Source of the DNA: a virus | Lineage: Duplodnaviria > Caudoviricetes | IMG/VR virus record: IMGVR_UViG_3300017766_003100 | Span: 96,001-160,000 of that record | Reading direction: 5' to 3' (one strand) | DNA: 64,000 bases | In this document: positions 20,166 through 28,530 of the stretch, one piece after another | Position numbering within the stretch: position 1 is the first letter of the stretch | Layout: each line of letters begins with the position of its first letter | The notes under the pieces: model-generated | Seen by the model: the letters and a program-made list of their open reading frames with translations, nothing else | Databases searched by the model: none | Told to the model about the DNA's origin: nothing | Position numbers and translations under genes: made by a program

Positions 20166-20876
20166 ATGAAAGTAGATATCAGAATACTTAATGAAATAAG
20201 ACGATACAAAGACATTAATAATTACATTTTTGAACAAGATGTACCACCACCACCTCCTGGTGAGGCAGGAGCCGCTGCACCGCCTCCACCACCCGCTGAT
20301 GCTGGATTAGGTGCACCTCCTCCACCCCCTGCTGGTGAAGTACCTGGTGGAGCACCCCCACCTCCTGGTGGTGTAGCCCCAATTACGCCTTCACCTGAAC
20401 CTGTTAATGTTGAACAAGACCCTGAAGTTGAAAAGGTTGATGATAAGACAAAAGAGAAGAAAATTAAGGTAACTGATTTAGTTAAGGGACAAGAAAATGT
20501 TGAAAAGAAACAAGAAACATATTTTGAGAATCTATTTCAGCAACTTGATGATTTAGAAAATAAATTATCAAGTATGGATAGTATTATTGACAAATTAAAT
20601 TCTATTGAAACAAAAATAGAAAAATATAGAGTAAAAACACCTGAAGAAAAATTACAATTAAGAAGTTTAGATTCAGGTCCTTTTAATCAAAAGTTAAGTC
20701 AATTCTTTGATGAAAAGGAAGATGAATTTGAAGAGACAGGAAAAGAACAATATATTCTAACTCCTGATGAGGTTGAAAATTATTCTCCGAATGAAATTAA
20801 AAAAAGTTTCAGAGAATTTAAAGATACTGAAGACTTCGATGGATTTAATAATAGTGGATTTCAAAAAATTTACTAG
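20166..20876 (+). CDS. Poly-proline/coiled-coil protein, possible head internal or scaffold protein (alternative start 20154)
   Basis: Leader MKVDIRILNEI, repeated PPPP(P) tracts, heptad segment LFQQLDDLENKLSSMDSIIDKLNSIETKIEK, acidic C-terminus. Confidence 0.55.
   Translation: MKVDIRILNEIRRYKDINNYIFEQDVPPPPPGEAGAAAPPPPPADAGLGAPPPPPAGEVPGGAPPPPGGVAPITPSPEPVNVEQDPEVEKVDDKTKEKKIKVTDLVKGQENVEKKQETYFENLFQQLDDLENKLSSMDSIIDKLNSIETKIEKYRVKTPEEKLQLRSLDSGPFNQKLSQFFDEKEDEFEETGKEQYILTPDEVENYSPNEIKKSFREFKDTEDFDGFNNSGFQKIY
20243..20402 (+). repeat. Poly-proline low-complexity tract
   Basis: VPPPPPGEAGAAAPPPPPADAGLGAPPPPPAGEVPGGAPPPPGG. Confidence 0.9.
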
Positions 20877-20884
20877 TTTAAAAT

Positions 20885-20913
20885 TTGACAAACTCACGGC
20901 TGACACTTATAAT
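20885..20913 (+). promoter_or_regulatory. Consensus sigma70-type promoter upstream of ssb
   Basis: TTGACA (20885-20890), 17-nt spacer, TATAAT (20908-20913). Confidence 0.8.
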
Positions 20914-20950
20914 TGTGTATAATATTTTCTAATTAAAAAATTTAAAAAAC

Positions 20951-21799
20951 ATGGCGACAAATCCTTTAGATGCGATTTTGGCTCAGTACGAGCAATCACA
21001 AAAATCAAGCACAAACACCAACAAAATGTCTCAAGATGAGAGAATGAAGAAATACTTCGCAGCTCTATTAAAAGACAATGAAAAACAAGGACAAAAAAGA
21101 TTAAGAATTTTACCAACCAATGATGGTACTTCACCTTTTAAAGAAGTATGGTTTCACGAAATCCAAGTTGATGGTAAATGGCAGAAATTCTATGACCCAG
21201 GAAAGAACGATAATGAACGTTCACCACTTTCTGAAGTGTATGAAGAATTAATGGCGACAGGTAGAGATGCCGACAAAGAACTTGCCAAACAATATAAACC
21301 TCGAAAATTTTACATCGTTAAATTAATTGACCGTGACAACGAGCAAGATGGTGTAAAATTTTGGAGATTTAAACACAACTACAAAAACGAAGGTATATTA
21401 GATAAACTAATTCCTATCTTCCGTGCTAAAGGTGATGTAACTGACCCTGAAAAAGGTAGAGACATTATCCTTGAAATGACTAAAGCCAAAACACCAAAAG
21501 GTGCAACGTACACAGTTATACAAACAATTATGTATGATGACCCCGCACCAATTCACACAGATAAATCAACTGCTGATGGTTGGGTGAATGATGAATTAGG
21601 TTGGGCAGATGTTTATTCTAAAAAACCTGTAGAATACCTAGAAGCTATTGCAAGAGGTGAAACACCTAAATGGGATAGTGAAAAGGGTGGTTACACTTAT
21701 GGTAACTCCGATGCTGGTGAAGTATCCTTTGGTGGTAAATCTTCTTCTTATGAAGACCCTCAAGTTGACTTTGAGGCTGATGGTGACCTACCTTTCTAA
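20951..21799 (+). CDS. Single-stranded DNA-binding protein (T4 gp32-like)
   Basis: RLRILP, aromatic-rich core (FYIVKLIDRD...GVKFWRF), DVTDPEKGRDI, acidic tail ending DGDLPF; next to recA. Confidence 0.8.
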   Translation: MATNPLDAILAQYEQSQKSSTNTNKMSQDERMKKYFAALLKDNEKQGQKRLRILPTNDGTSPFKEVWFHEIQVDGKWQKFYDPGKNDNERSPLSEVYEELMATGRDADKELAKQYKPRKFYIVKLIDRDNEQDGVKFWRFKHNYKNEGILDKLIPIFRAKGDVTDPEKGRDIILEMTKAKTPKGATYTVIQTIMYDDPAPIHTDKSTADGWVNDELGWADVYSKKPVEYLEAIARGETPKWDSEKGGYTYGNSDAGEVSFGGKSSSYEDPQVDFEADGDLPF

Positions 21800-21811
21800 A
21801 AAAAACAAAAA

Positions 21812-21848
21812 AAGCATAGACATTATATAGACAAAGTGTCTATGTTTT
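21812..21848 (+). terminator. Hairpin with two alternative 5' arms between ssb and recA
   Basis: 3' arm TGTCTATGTTT can pair with GCATAGACA (21814-21822) or ATAGACA (21827-21833); T-rich tail follows. Confidence 0.55.
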
Positions 21849-21875
21849 ATTATTTATTCCTTTAAAAATTATATA

Positions 21876-22877
21876 ATGGCAATTAAGAAAAAAGAAATAA
21901 CTTTGGATTCTATCAAATCCAAGTTTTCGACTAAAACTAAGTATAAACCAGAAACTTTCTATAATTGTGGTGATGCTTTTATGGAAGCTTGTGGGTTACC
22001 AGGTCCTGTTATGGGAGGTATTAACATTTTCTTGGGGCATACGAATACTTCGAAAACTACAGCTTTAATATTAGCCGCGGCTGATGCTCAAAAAAGAGGA
22101 CATTTACCTGTGTTTATTATTACTGAAAAGAAATGGAATTGGCCTCACGCTGTTGAACTTGGTTTGCAAGCAGAAATGGATTCAGATGGAAATTGGGATG
22201 GAAATTTTATATTTAATGATAGTTTTGATTATTTGGAACAAGCAACAGATTACATCAATGACTTACTTGATGCACAAGAAAAAGGAGAACTTCCCTATGA
22301 TTTACTTATTTTATGGGATAGTGTGGGTTCTTTACCTTGTCAAATGACATTTGAAGGTAAAGGTGGAAAAATGCACAATGCCGCAGCTCTTGCAGATAAA
22401 ATAGGTATGGGTATTCATTCTAGAATTACGAAATCTAAGAAAGAAGATTACCCATATTATAATACTATGGTTGTAATCAACCAACCTTGGGTTCAATTAC
22501 CCTCTAATCCTTTTGGTCAACCAAAAATTAAAGCTAAGGGTGGTGAAGCACTATGGTTAGCGGCTTCTTTGGTCTTTCTTTTTGGTAACGAGGCCGATAA
22601 TGGTATAAATCATATTACGGCAACAAAAAATGGAAGAACTGTATCATATGCTGTTAGAACTAAAATCTCCATATTAAAAAATCACGTAAATGGTATTGCT
22701 TACAAGGATGGAAAAATTATTGCAGTACCTCAAGGTTATATTTCTGATACAAAAGAAGCATTAGAAAAATATAAGAAAGAATTTTCACAATATTGGAATG
22801 CGATTTTGAGTGGTACGGGTGAAATCACTTTGGAAGAAAGTACATCCGACATTAATGAAATTTCTTACGAAGATTAA
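21876..22877 (+). CDS. recA: RecA/UvsX-like recombinase
   Basis: Walker A-like GHTNTSKTT, FIITEKKW, Walker B LILWDSVG, VINQPW, KAKGGEAL. Confidence 0.82.
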   Translation: MAIKKKEITLDSIKSKFSTKTKYKPETFYNCGDAFMEACGLPGPVMGGINIFLGHTNTSKTTALILAAADAQKRGHLPVFIITEKKWNWPHAVELGLQAEMDSDGNWDGNFIFNDSFDYLEQATDYINDLLDAQEKGELPYDLLILWDSVGSLPCQMTFEGKGGKMHNAAALADKIGMGIHSRITKSKKEDYPYYNTMVVINQPWVQLPSNPFGQPKIKAKGGEALWLAASLVFLFGNEADNGINHITATKNGRTVSYAVRTKISILKNHVNGIAYKDGKIIAVPQGYISDTKEALEKYKKEFSQYWNAILSGTGEITLEESTSDINEISYED

Positions 22878-22878
22878 A

Positions 22879-22902
22879 AAAAGTAATAAAATTATTACTT
22901 TT
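22879..22902. promoter_or_regulatory. Inverted repeat between recA and RHH/HNH cassette
   Basis: AAAAGTAATAA-aa-TTATTACTTTT; could be a terminator or operator. Confidence 0.5.
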
Positions 22903-22915
22903 ATAAATTTCGATA

Positions 22916-22922
22916 TATTTAT
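22916..22922 (+). promoter_or_regulatory. TATTTAT candidate late-promoter motif
   Basis: 4 nt upstream of ATG 22927. Confidence 0.55.
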
Positions 22923-22926
22923 TAAT

Positions 22927-23091
22927 ATGGGAAGAAAGAAAATTGAAGAAAATAAAAAAAAGGTAAAAATTTCAGTTGCAATAGACCCTGAACTCCCAAA
23001 TCTTTTTAAGTTGAAACATATAAATCTTTCTTCCTTAGTTAATAAACTATTAAAAGAATATATTGAAAATGAATACAAAAATTTGTTGTAG
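22927..23091 (+). CDS. Small ribbon-helix-helix-like DNA-binding protein (54 aa)
   Basis: MGRKKIEENKKKVKISVAIDPELPNLFKLKHINLSSLVNKLLKEY: beta strand plus two helices, CopG/Arc-like. The ORF-track extension to 22810 overlaps recA and is unlikely. Confidence 0.6.
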   Translation: MGRKKIEENKKKVKISVAIDPELPNLFKLKHINLSSLVNKLLKEYIENEYKNLL

Positions 23092-23638
23092 ATGTGGTGA
23101 AGAAAGAAGTATTACTGAATTTCGTAAAGATAGTTCTAAAAAGGATAAAGTAAGACCTGAATGTAAAATCTGTTTGAAAACATCTGAAATGATTTTTAGA
23201 AATGAAAATCCAAAAGAAATGGGTGAAAGATTAAAAAAATTCTATGAAAAAAATCCTGATAAAAGAAAAAAATATCGAGAAAAATATAGAACAAGAAAAC
23301 AAGAACGAAAAAAAGAAAGAACAGAAACAGACCCTACTTACAACCTTGTAAATCGTATTAGATGTAGATTATGGAAATATCTTAAAATTCATAAAATATA
23401 CAAAAACAATAGTACTTTTGAAATAATTGGATGTACTCCATCAGAGTTGAAAGAACATATAGAAAAACAATTTATAGATGGTATGAATTGGGATAATAAA
23501 GGAAATTGGCATATAGACCATATCATTCCCTTATCATCGGCAAAAACAGAGGAGGAACTCATCAAATTATTTCACTTTAGTAATTTACAACCATTATGGG
23601 CTATAGATAATATCAAAAAGAGTAACAAAATACTTTAA
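23069..23638 (+). CDS. HNH endonuclease with N-terminal Cys zinc-finger (homing-endonuclease-like)
   Basis: CCRCGEE...CKIC; WHIDHIIPLS...HFSNLQPLWAIDNIKKSNK. Confidence 0.85.
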   Translation: MNTKICCRCGEERSITEFRKDSSKKDKVRPECKICLKTSEMIFRNENPKEMGERLKKFYEKNPDKRKKYREKYRTRKQERKKERTETDPTYNLVNRIRCRLWKYLKIHKIYKNNSTFEIIGCTPSELKEHIEKQFIDGMNWDNKGNWHIDHIIPLSSAKTEEELIKLFHFSNLQPLWAIDNIKKSNKIL

Positions 23639-23673
23639 TTGATTTTAACAAAGTTTTTATTTAAATTTAAATT

Positions 23674-24681
23674 ATGAATAAATTAAAAGTTATATCACTA
23701 TTTTCGGGTTATGGGACACAAGAATTGGCACTAAAATATATTGGTGTTGATTTTGAGAATGTTGCAAATTGTGACATCCTTAAAACCGCGAATATTACTT
23801 ACGATTCATTACATACAACAACATTGGGTAACTTGGGGGACATTTCTAAGGTAAATGAGAATGAGTTCCCCCAATGTGACCTAATGACTTACTCATTCCC
23901 TTGTCAAGATATATCAATATCAGGAGTACAAAAAGGAATTCAAAAAGGTACGAGAAGTGGTTTATTATATGAAGTCGAAAGAATTTTAACAAAGAATCAA
24001 CCAAAGTATCTTTTGATGGAGAATGTTAAGAACTTGGTATCTCACAATCATATAGATAACTTTAAAGCTCATATATCATTCTTAAATGAATTGGGATATG
24101 GATGTTCTTGGAGGGTTTTAAATGGTGCTGACTATGGTTGTCCCCAAAATAGGGAGAGAGTCTTTATGATGTCAGTTTTTGGAATGACAAATGATGAAGT
24201 TGGGAAGATTATGGATGGTGTTGAAAAACACAAAAAACAAAGAGTACCAATGAGACCATTCATTGAAAATGACATTGTGGAGGACTTATTTATTGAATGT
24301 GAAGTTACACCTAACGAACCCAAAAAGAATAGTGTGTGTAGACTTGTGGGACGTAGAAACGATGTAAGTTACGACCAAGCAAGACGTATCTATTCTATTG
24401 ATGGTTGTTCACCTTGTTTAACTACAACTGGTTCACCACAGATTATGACAGAGGATGGTAGAATTAGAACAATTACTGGTAGAGAAGGTTATCGATTTAT
24501 GGGTGTTAGAGAAGAAGATATTGATAAATTATTATCAACAAGTCTAACAACAAACAATCACGTTGCTTTGGCAGGTAACTCAATTTGTGTTCCTGTAATG
24601 GAAGCAATATTTACAGAATTTTTGGGTGAATACATCACATCCGAATACAAAAAAGAAGAAAACAATTTTGTTAACCCTTAA
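23674..24681 (+). CDS. DNA (cytosine-5)-methyltransferase
   Basis: Motifs I (SLFSGYG), IV (YSFPCQD), VI (LMENV), VIII (QNRERVF), X (AGNSICVPV). Confidence 0.95.
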   Translation: MNKLKVISLFSGYGTQELALKYIGVDFENVANCDILKTANITYDSLHTTTLGNLGDISKVNENEFPQCDLMTYSFPCQDISISGVQKGIQKGTRSGLLYEVERILTKNQPKYLLMENVKNLVSHNHIDNFKAHISFLNELGYGCSWRVLNGADYGCPQNRERVFMMSVFGMTNDEVGKIMDGVEKHKKQRVPMRPFIENDIVEDLFIECEVTPNEPKKNSVCRLVGRRNDVSYDQARRIYSIDGCSPCLTTTGSPQIMTEDGRIRTITGREGYRFMGVREEDIDKLLSTSLTTNNHVALAGNSICVPVMEAIFTEFLGEYITSEYKKEENNFVNP

Positions 24682-24690
24682 AAAAAATTA

Positions 24691-25698
24691 ATGACAAAAA
24701 CATTATTAATTGATGGTAATAACCTAATGAAGATTGGATTTCATGGGGTTAAAGAATATTACCACAATGGTAATCATATTGGGGGTATTTGGCACTTTTT
24801 AAATACAACCAAAAGGTTTATTGAAGAATACAATTTTGATAAAGTAATTGCTTTTTGGGATGGTGAAGGTAATTCAAGTAAAAGAAAGATTATATACCCC
24901 CAATATAAAGAAAATAGGGTAGTCGAATCCAATGTGTTTAAAGAAGAATCTTTTTCATATCAAAAGGAAAGGGTTAAACAATATTTGGAAGAAATGTTCA
25001 TTAGACAAGTTAACATTGAGAACAATGAGGCTGATGATTTAATTGCTTATTATTGTCAAATCGCAACAGACGAATTAATTACAATATTCTCATCTGATAA
25101 GGATTTAACACAACTTATTTCCCCAAATGTTTCAATTTATTCACCATCCGCAAAACAAATGTATAGAAATGGGGATAAGATTAAATTAAAAGAACATTCA
25201 ATTCCCCATAATAATATTTTGACATACAAGGTATTATGTGGTGATAAATCAGATAATATTGATGGGATATATTATTTGGGTGATAAAACTTTATTTAAAT
25301 TTTTTCCCGAACTACTTGAACAAGACGTAACAATTGACGATATTTTAACCAAGGCTGAAAACCTTTTGAAAGAAGATAAAGAAAACAATACCATTAAAAA
25401 CCTTTTAACTGGAAAAACAAAAACAGGAATTTATGGTGATGAATTCTTTGAAATCAATAAAAAGATTGTAGATTTGTCCCAACCATTAATTGACGATGAA
25501 GGAAAAGAGATGGTTGAACTCTATTATAAGGAGACATTAGACCCTGATGGTAGAGGACATAGAAATCTGATAAAAATGATGATGGAAGATGGGTTCTTTA
25601 AATTTCTTCCAAAAGGTGATGATGCTTGGGTAAATTTTTTAAAACCATTTTTGAAACTTACAAGAAAAGAAAAACACAATTTTAAAACAAAAAAATGA
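24691..25698 (+). CDS. 5'-3' exonuclease / flap endonuclease (T4 RNase H / PolI N-terminal-like)
   Basis: LLIDGNN, EADDLIA, SSDKDLTQL, GDKSDNIDGI motifs. Confidence 0.92.
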   Translation: MTKTLLIDGNNLMKIGFHGVKEYYHNGNHIGGIWHFLNTTKRFIEEYNFDKVIAFWDGEGNSSKRKIIYPQYKENRVVESNVFKEESFSYQKERVKQYLEEMFIRQVNIENNEADDLIAYYCQIATDELITIFSSDKDLTQLISPNVSIYSPSAKQMYRNGDKIKLKEHSIPHNNILTYKVLCGDKSDNIDGIYYLGDKTLFKFFPELLEQDVTIDDILTKAENLLKEDKENNTIKNLLTGKTKTGIYGDEFFEINKKIVDLSQPLIDDEGKEMVELYYKETLDPDGRGHRNLIKMMMEDGFFKFLPKGDDAWVNFLKPFLKLTRKEKHNFKTKK

Positions 25699-25704
25699 TT
25701 AACA

Positions 25705-26160
25705 ATGAGAGAACAAAATGATGTAACCAAACTGGAATTCTTGATGATGGTAAATGATAACATTATCGTACAAAGATTTTTCAACGTAAGAGACTATAAT
25801 CCTGATACAAGGAATTCTATGGAATTTCTTGATTATATGAATGATTTAGTCGAAAGACTTAACTATCAACTTAAGATGAAGTCGGTAAGTTATTTATTGG
25901 AGAATCAATATGATATTACCAATAATCCTAGTTTACTTAATACTTCATTTGTTGAAGGACCAGAGTACTTTAACATTTATTTAAAACACGGAGATAGATT
26001 ACTTTGTCACAGAAGATTTGATGCTAAAATCTATCCTCCTAAAGTCAGATATACAGTTGACATTAGACAAACAATTAAGTTAATCTTACAAGATTTAACA
26101 AGTTTATTTTCAGCAAGAGACCTTTCTTTTGATTATCTTGGACTTAATACAAGAGTGTAA
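25705..26160 (+). CDS. Hypothetical protein (151 aa) between exonuclease and helicase
   Basis: Clean ORF in operon; no recognisable motif. Confidence 0.7.
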   Translation: MREQNDVTKLEFLMMVNDNIIVQRFFNVRDYNPDTRNSMEFLDYMNDLVERLNYQLKMKSVSYLLENQYDITNNPSLLNTSFVEGPEYFNIYLKHGDRLLCHRRFDAKIYPPKVRYTVDIRQTIKLILQDLTSLFSARDLSFDYLGLNTRV

Positions 26161-26167
26161 TATTTAT
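26161..26167 (+). promoter_or_regulatory. TATTTAT motif upstream of helicase
   Basis: 20 nt upstream of ATG 26188. Confidence 0.45.
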
Positions 26168-26187
26168 TCATACAACAATTCAAACAT

Positions 26188-27567
26188 ATGTCATCTAACA
26201 AAAATTTCGATTATTTAGGGAGCTCATTTCAGATACAACTTCTTAATCAAATTGTAGTAGATAAAGAATTTTCAAGGTCTATTGTAGATGTAATAGAACC
26301 AAATTATTTTGATAACAAGTACTTCAAAATCATCATTCAGATGATTAAAGAGTATAGTCAAAAATGGGATGGAGTACCATCTTTTGAAACTTTAGAACAA
26401 ATAACTAAATCTGAATTTCAACAAGAAACTGTTGCTAAAGTTGTGGTTGACACTATCAGAAAAATAAAAGAAGCACCAGTATCAGGTGGAGAGTTTGTTC
26501 AAGAAAAAGCGTTAAAATTTTGTAAACAACAAGAACTACAAAAAGCAATTACTAAAGCACAAAAAGTAATTGATGGTGGTGAGTTTGAAGATTACGATAC
26601 TCTTGAAGAAATGATTCGTGAAGCACTTCAAGTCGGAATTGTTGAAAGTGGGATGTTAAATGTATTCTCAAACTTGGATGATGTTTTAAATGAAGATTAT
26701 AGACACCCAATTCCAATGGGAATACCAGGAATTGATAGACTTTTAAAAGGTGGTTTGGCAAAAGGTGAAATTGGGGTTATATTAGCCCCAACTGGTGTAG
26801 GTAAATCAACAATCCTAACCAAGATTGCCAACCACGCTTTTAATTTGGGTTACAATGTTCTTCAAATATTTTTTGAGGATAATCCCAAGGTTATTCAAAG
26901 AAAACATTTTACATTGTGGACAAAAATCCATCCTGATGATATGTCCAACAAAAAGGAAGAAGTTTTATCTAAAGTAAAGGAGATTGAAAATAAAATGACA
27001 AATCAACTTGTTTTGGAGAAACTTCCATCTGATACAATGACAATGTCACAAATCAAAAATCTAATTAGAAAGAAGATTGCTGATGGGATTAAGATTGATA
27101 TGGTCTTATTGGATTATATTGATTGTGTTGTTCCTGAGAAAAACTTGGGAGATGAATGGAAATCAGAGGGTTCTGTAATGAGAGGATTTGAAGCAATGTG
27201 TCACGAGCTTAACTTAGTAGGTTGGACTGCAACACAGGGTAATAGAAGTTCAATATCATCTGAAGTTGTAACAACAGACCAAATGGGTGGGTCAATCAAA
27301 AAAGCACAAGTTGGTCACGTAATTATATCAATAGCAAAAACACTTCAACAAAAAGAAATGAAGTTGGCCACAATGGCTATTACTAAATCAAGGATTGGGG
27401 ATGATGGTATCATCTTTGAAAATTGTAAATTTGATAATAGTATGTTGGAAATTGATACAGAATCGTCTGTAACATTCTTAGGTCACGAAGAACAAAAAGA
27501 AGAAAATAATAGACAAAGAATTAAAGATTTATTAGAAAAAAGAAAACAAAGAGAACAAAATAACTAA
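26188..27567 (+). CDS. dnaB: DnaB-like replicative helicase (T4 gp41-like)
   Basis: Walker [30 protein letters not shown]. Confidence 0.92.
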   Translation: MSSNKNFDYLGSSFQIQLLNQIVVDKEFSRSIVDVIEPNYFDNKYFKIIIQMIKEYSQKWDGVPSFETLEQITKSEFQQETVAKVVVDTIRKIKEAPVSGGEFVQEKALKFCKQQELQKAITKAQKVIDGGEFEDYDTLEEMIREALQVGIVESGMLNVFSNLDDVLNEDYRHPIPMGIPGIDRLLKGGLAKGEIGVILAPTGVGKSTILTKIANHAFNLGYNVLQIFFEDNPKVIQRKHFTLWTKIHPDDMSNKKEEVLSKVKEIENKMTNQLVLEKLPSDTMTMSQIKNLIRKKIADGIKIDMVLLDYIDCVVPEKNLGDEWKSEGSVMRGFEAMCHELNLVGWTATQGNRSSISSEVVTTDQMGGSIKKAQVGHVIISIAKTLQQKEMKLATMAITKSRIGDDGIIFENCKFDNSMLEIDTESSVTFLGHEEQKEENNRQRIKDLLEKRKQREQNN

Positions 27568-27569
27568 TT

Positions 27570-28520
27570 ATGACAGAAAAAATATTAACAGAGAATCCAA
27601 ATCGTTTTGTGATTTTCCCAATTCAATACAATGATATTTGGGAATTCTATAAACAACACCAAGCGGCATTTTGGACAGCAGAAGAGGTTGACTTGACTGG
27701 TGACATCAGAGAGTGGCAGAACTTGTCAGAGAACGAACAATATTTCGTAAAGAACATATTGTCATTCTTCGCAGCATCTGATGGAATTGTCAATGAAAAC
27801 TTAGCTGAGAACTTTTATAGGGAAGTTCAATATCCTGAAGCAAAATTCTTTTACGGATTTCAATTAATGATGGAAAATATCCATTCTTTAATGTACTCTT
27901 TATTAATTGATACTTACATATCAAATCCAAAAGAAAAAGACGAATGTTTCAATGCTATTGATAGATTACCTGCAGTTCAAAAGAAAGCCAAATGGGCGTT
28001 GGATTGGATTGAGAAAGCATCTTTTCAAGAAAGATTGGTTGCTTTTGCGGCTGTAGAAGGTATATTTTTCTCAGGTTCTTTCTGTTCAATTTTTTGGTTG
28101 AAATCAAGAGGTGTGATGCAAGGACTTTGTAATGCTAATTCATTGATTTTTAAAGATGAAAACTTACATTGTGATTTCGCAATTCATTTATTGAATAATC
28201 ACGTTGAAAATAAACCAAGTGAAAAAAGAATTAAAGAAATTCTATTGTCTGCTTTGGAAATTGAAAAAGAATTTATTACAGAATCTTTACCAGTTTCTTT
28301 AATCGGAATGAACTCAAATCTAATGAAACAATATTTAGAATTTGTAGTCGATGGGTTACTAATAAAGATGGGATGTAGTAAACATTTCAATGTTGAACAA
28401 CCATTCAAGTTTATGGAACAAATTGCTGTTGAAACGAAGGGTAATTTCTTTGAATCAAGAACAATGGAATACCAAAAAGCTAAATTGAACGAAACGATTT
28501 CATTTACAGACGATTTTTAA
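27570..28520 (+). CDS. nrdB: Ribonucleotide reductase class Ia beta subunit
   Basis: [20 protein letters not shown] (radical Tyr), [15 protein letters not shown]. Confidence 0.96.
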   Translation: MTEKILTENPNRFVIFPIQYNDIWEFYKQHQAAFWTAEEVDLTGDIREWQNLSENEQYFVKNILSFFAASDGIVNENLAENFYREVQYPEAKFFYGFQLMMENIHSLMYSLLIDTYISNPKEKDECFNAIDRLPAVQKKAKWALDWIEKASFQERLVAFAAVEGIFFSGSFCSIFWLKSRGVMQGLCNANSLIFKDENLHCDFAIHLLNNHVENKPSEKRIKEILLSALEIEKEFITESLPVSLIGMNSNLMKQYLEFVVDGLLIKMGCSKHFNVEQPFKFMEQIAVETKGNFFESRTMEYQKAKLNETISFTDDF

Positions 28521-28530
28521 AATTATAACT

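Noticed and set aside
22810-22926. Upstream extension of the 93-aa ORF
   Set aside because: It overlaps the recA 3' end and the inverted repeat; ATG 22927 follows the TATTTAT motif.
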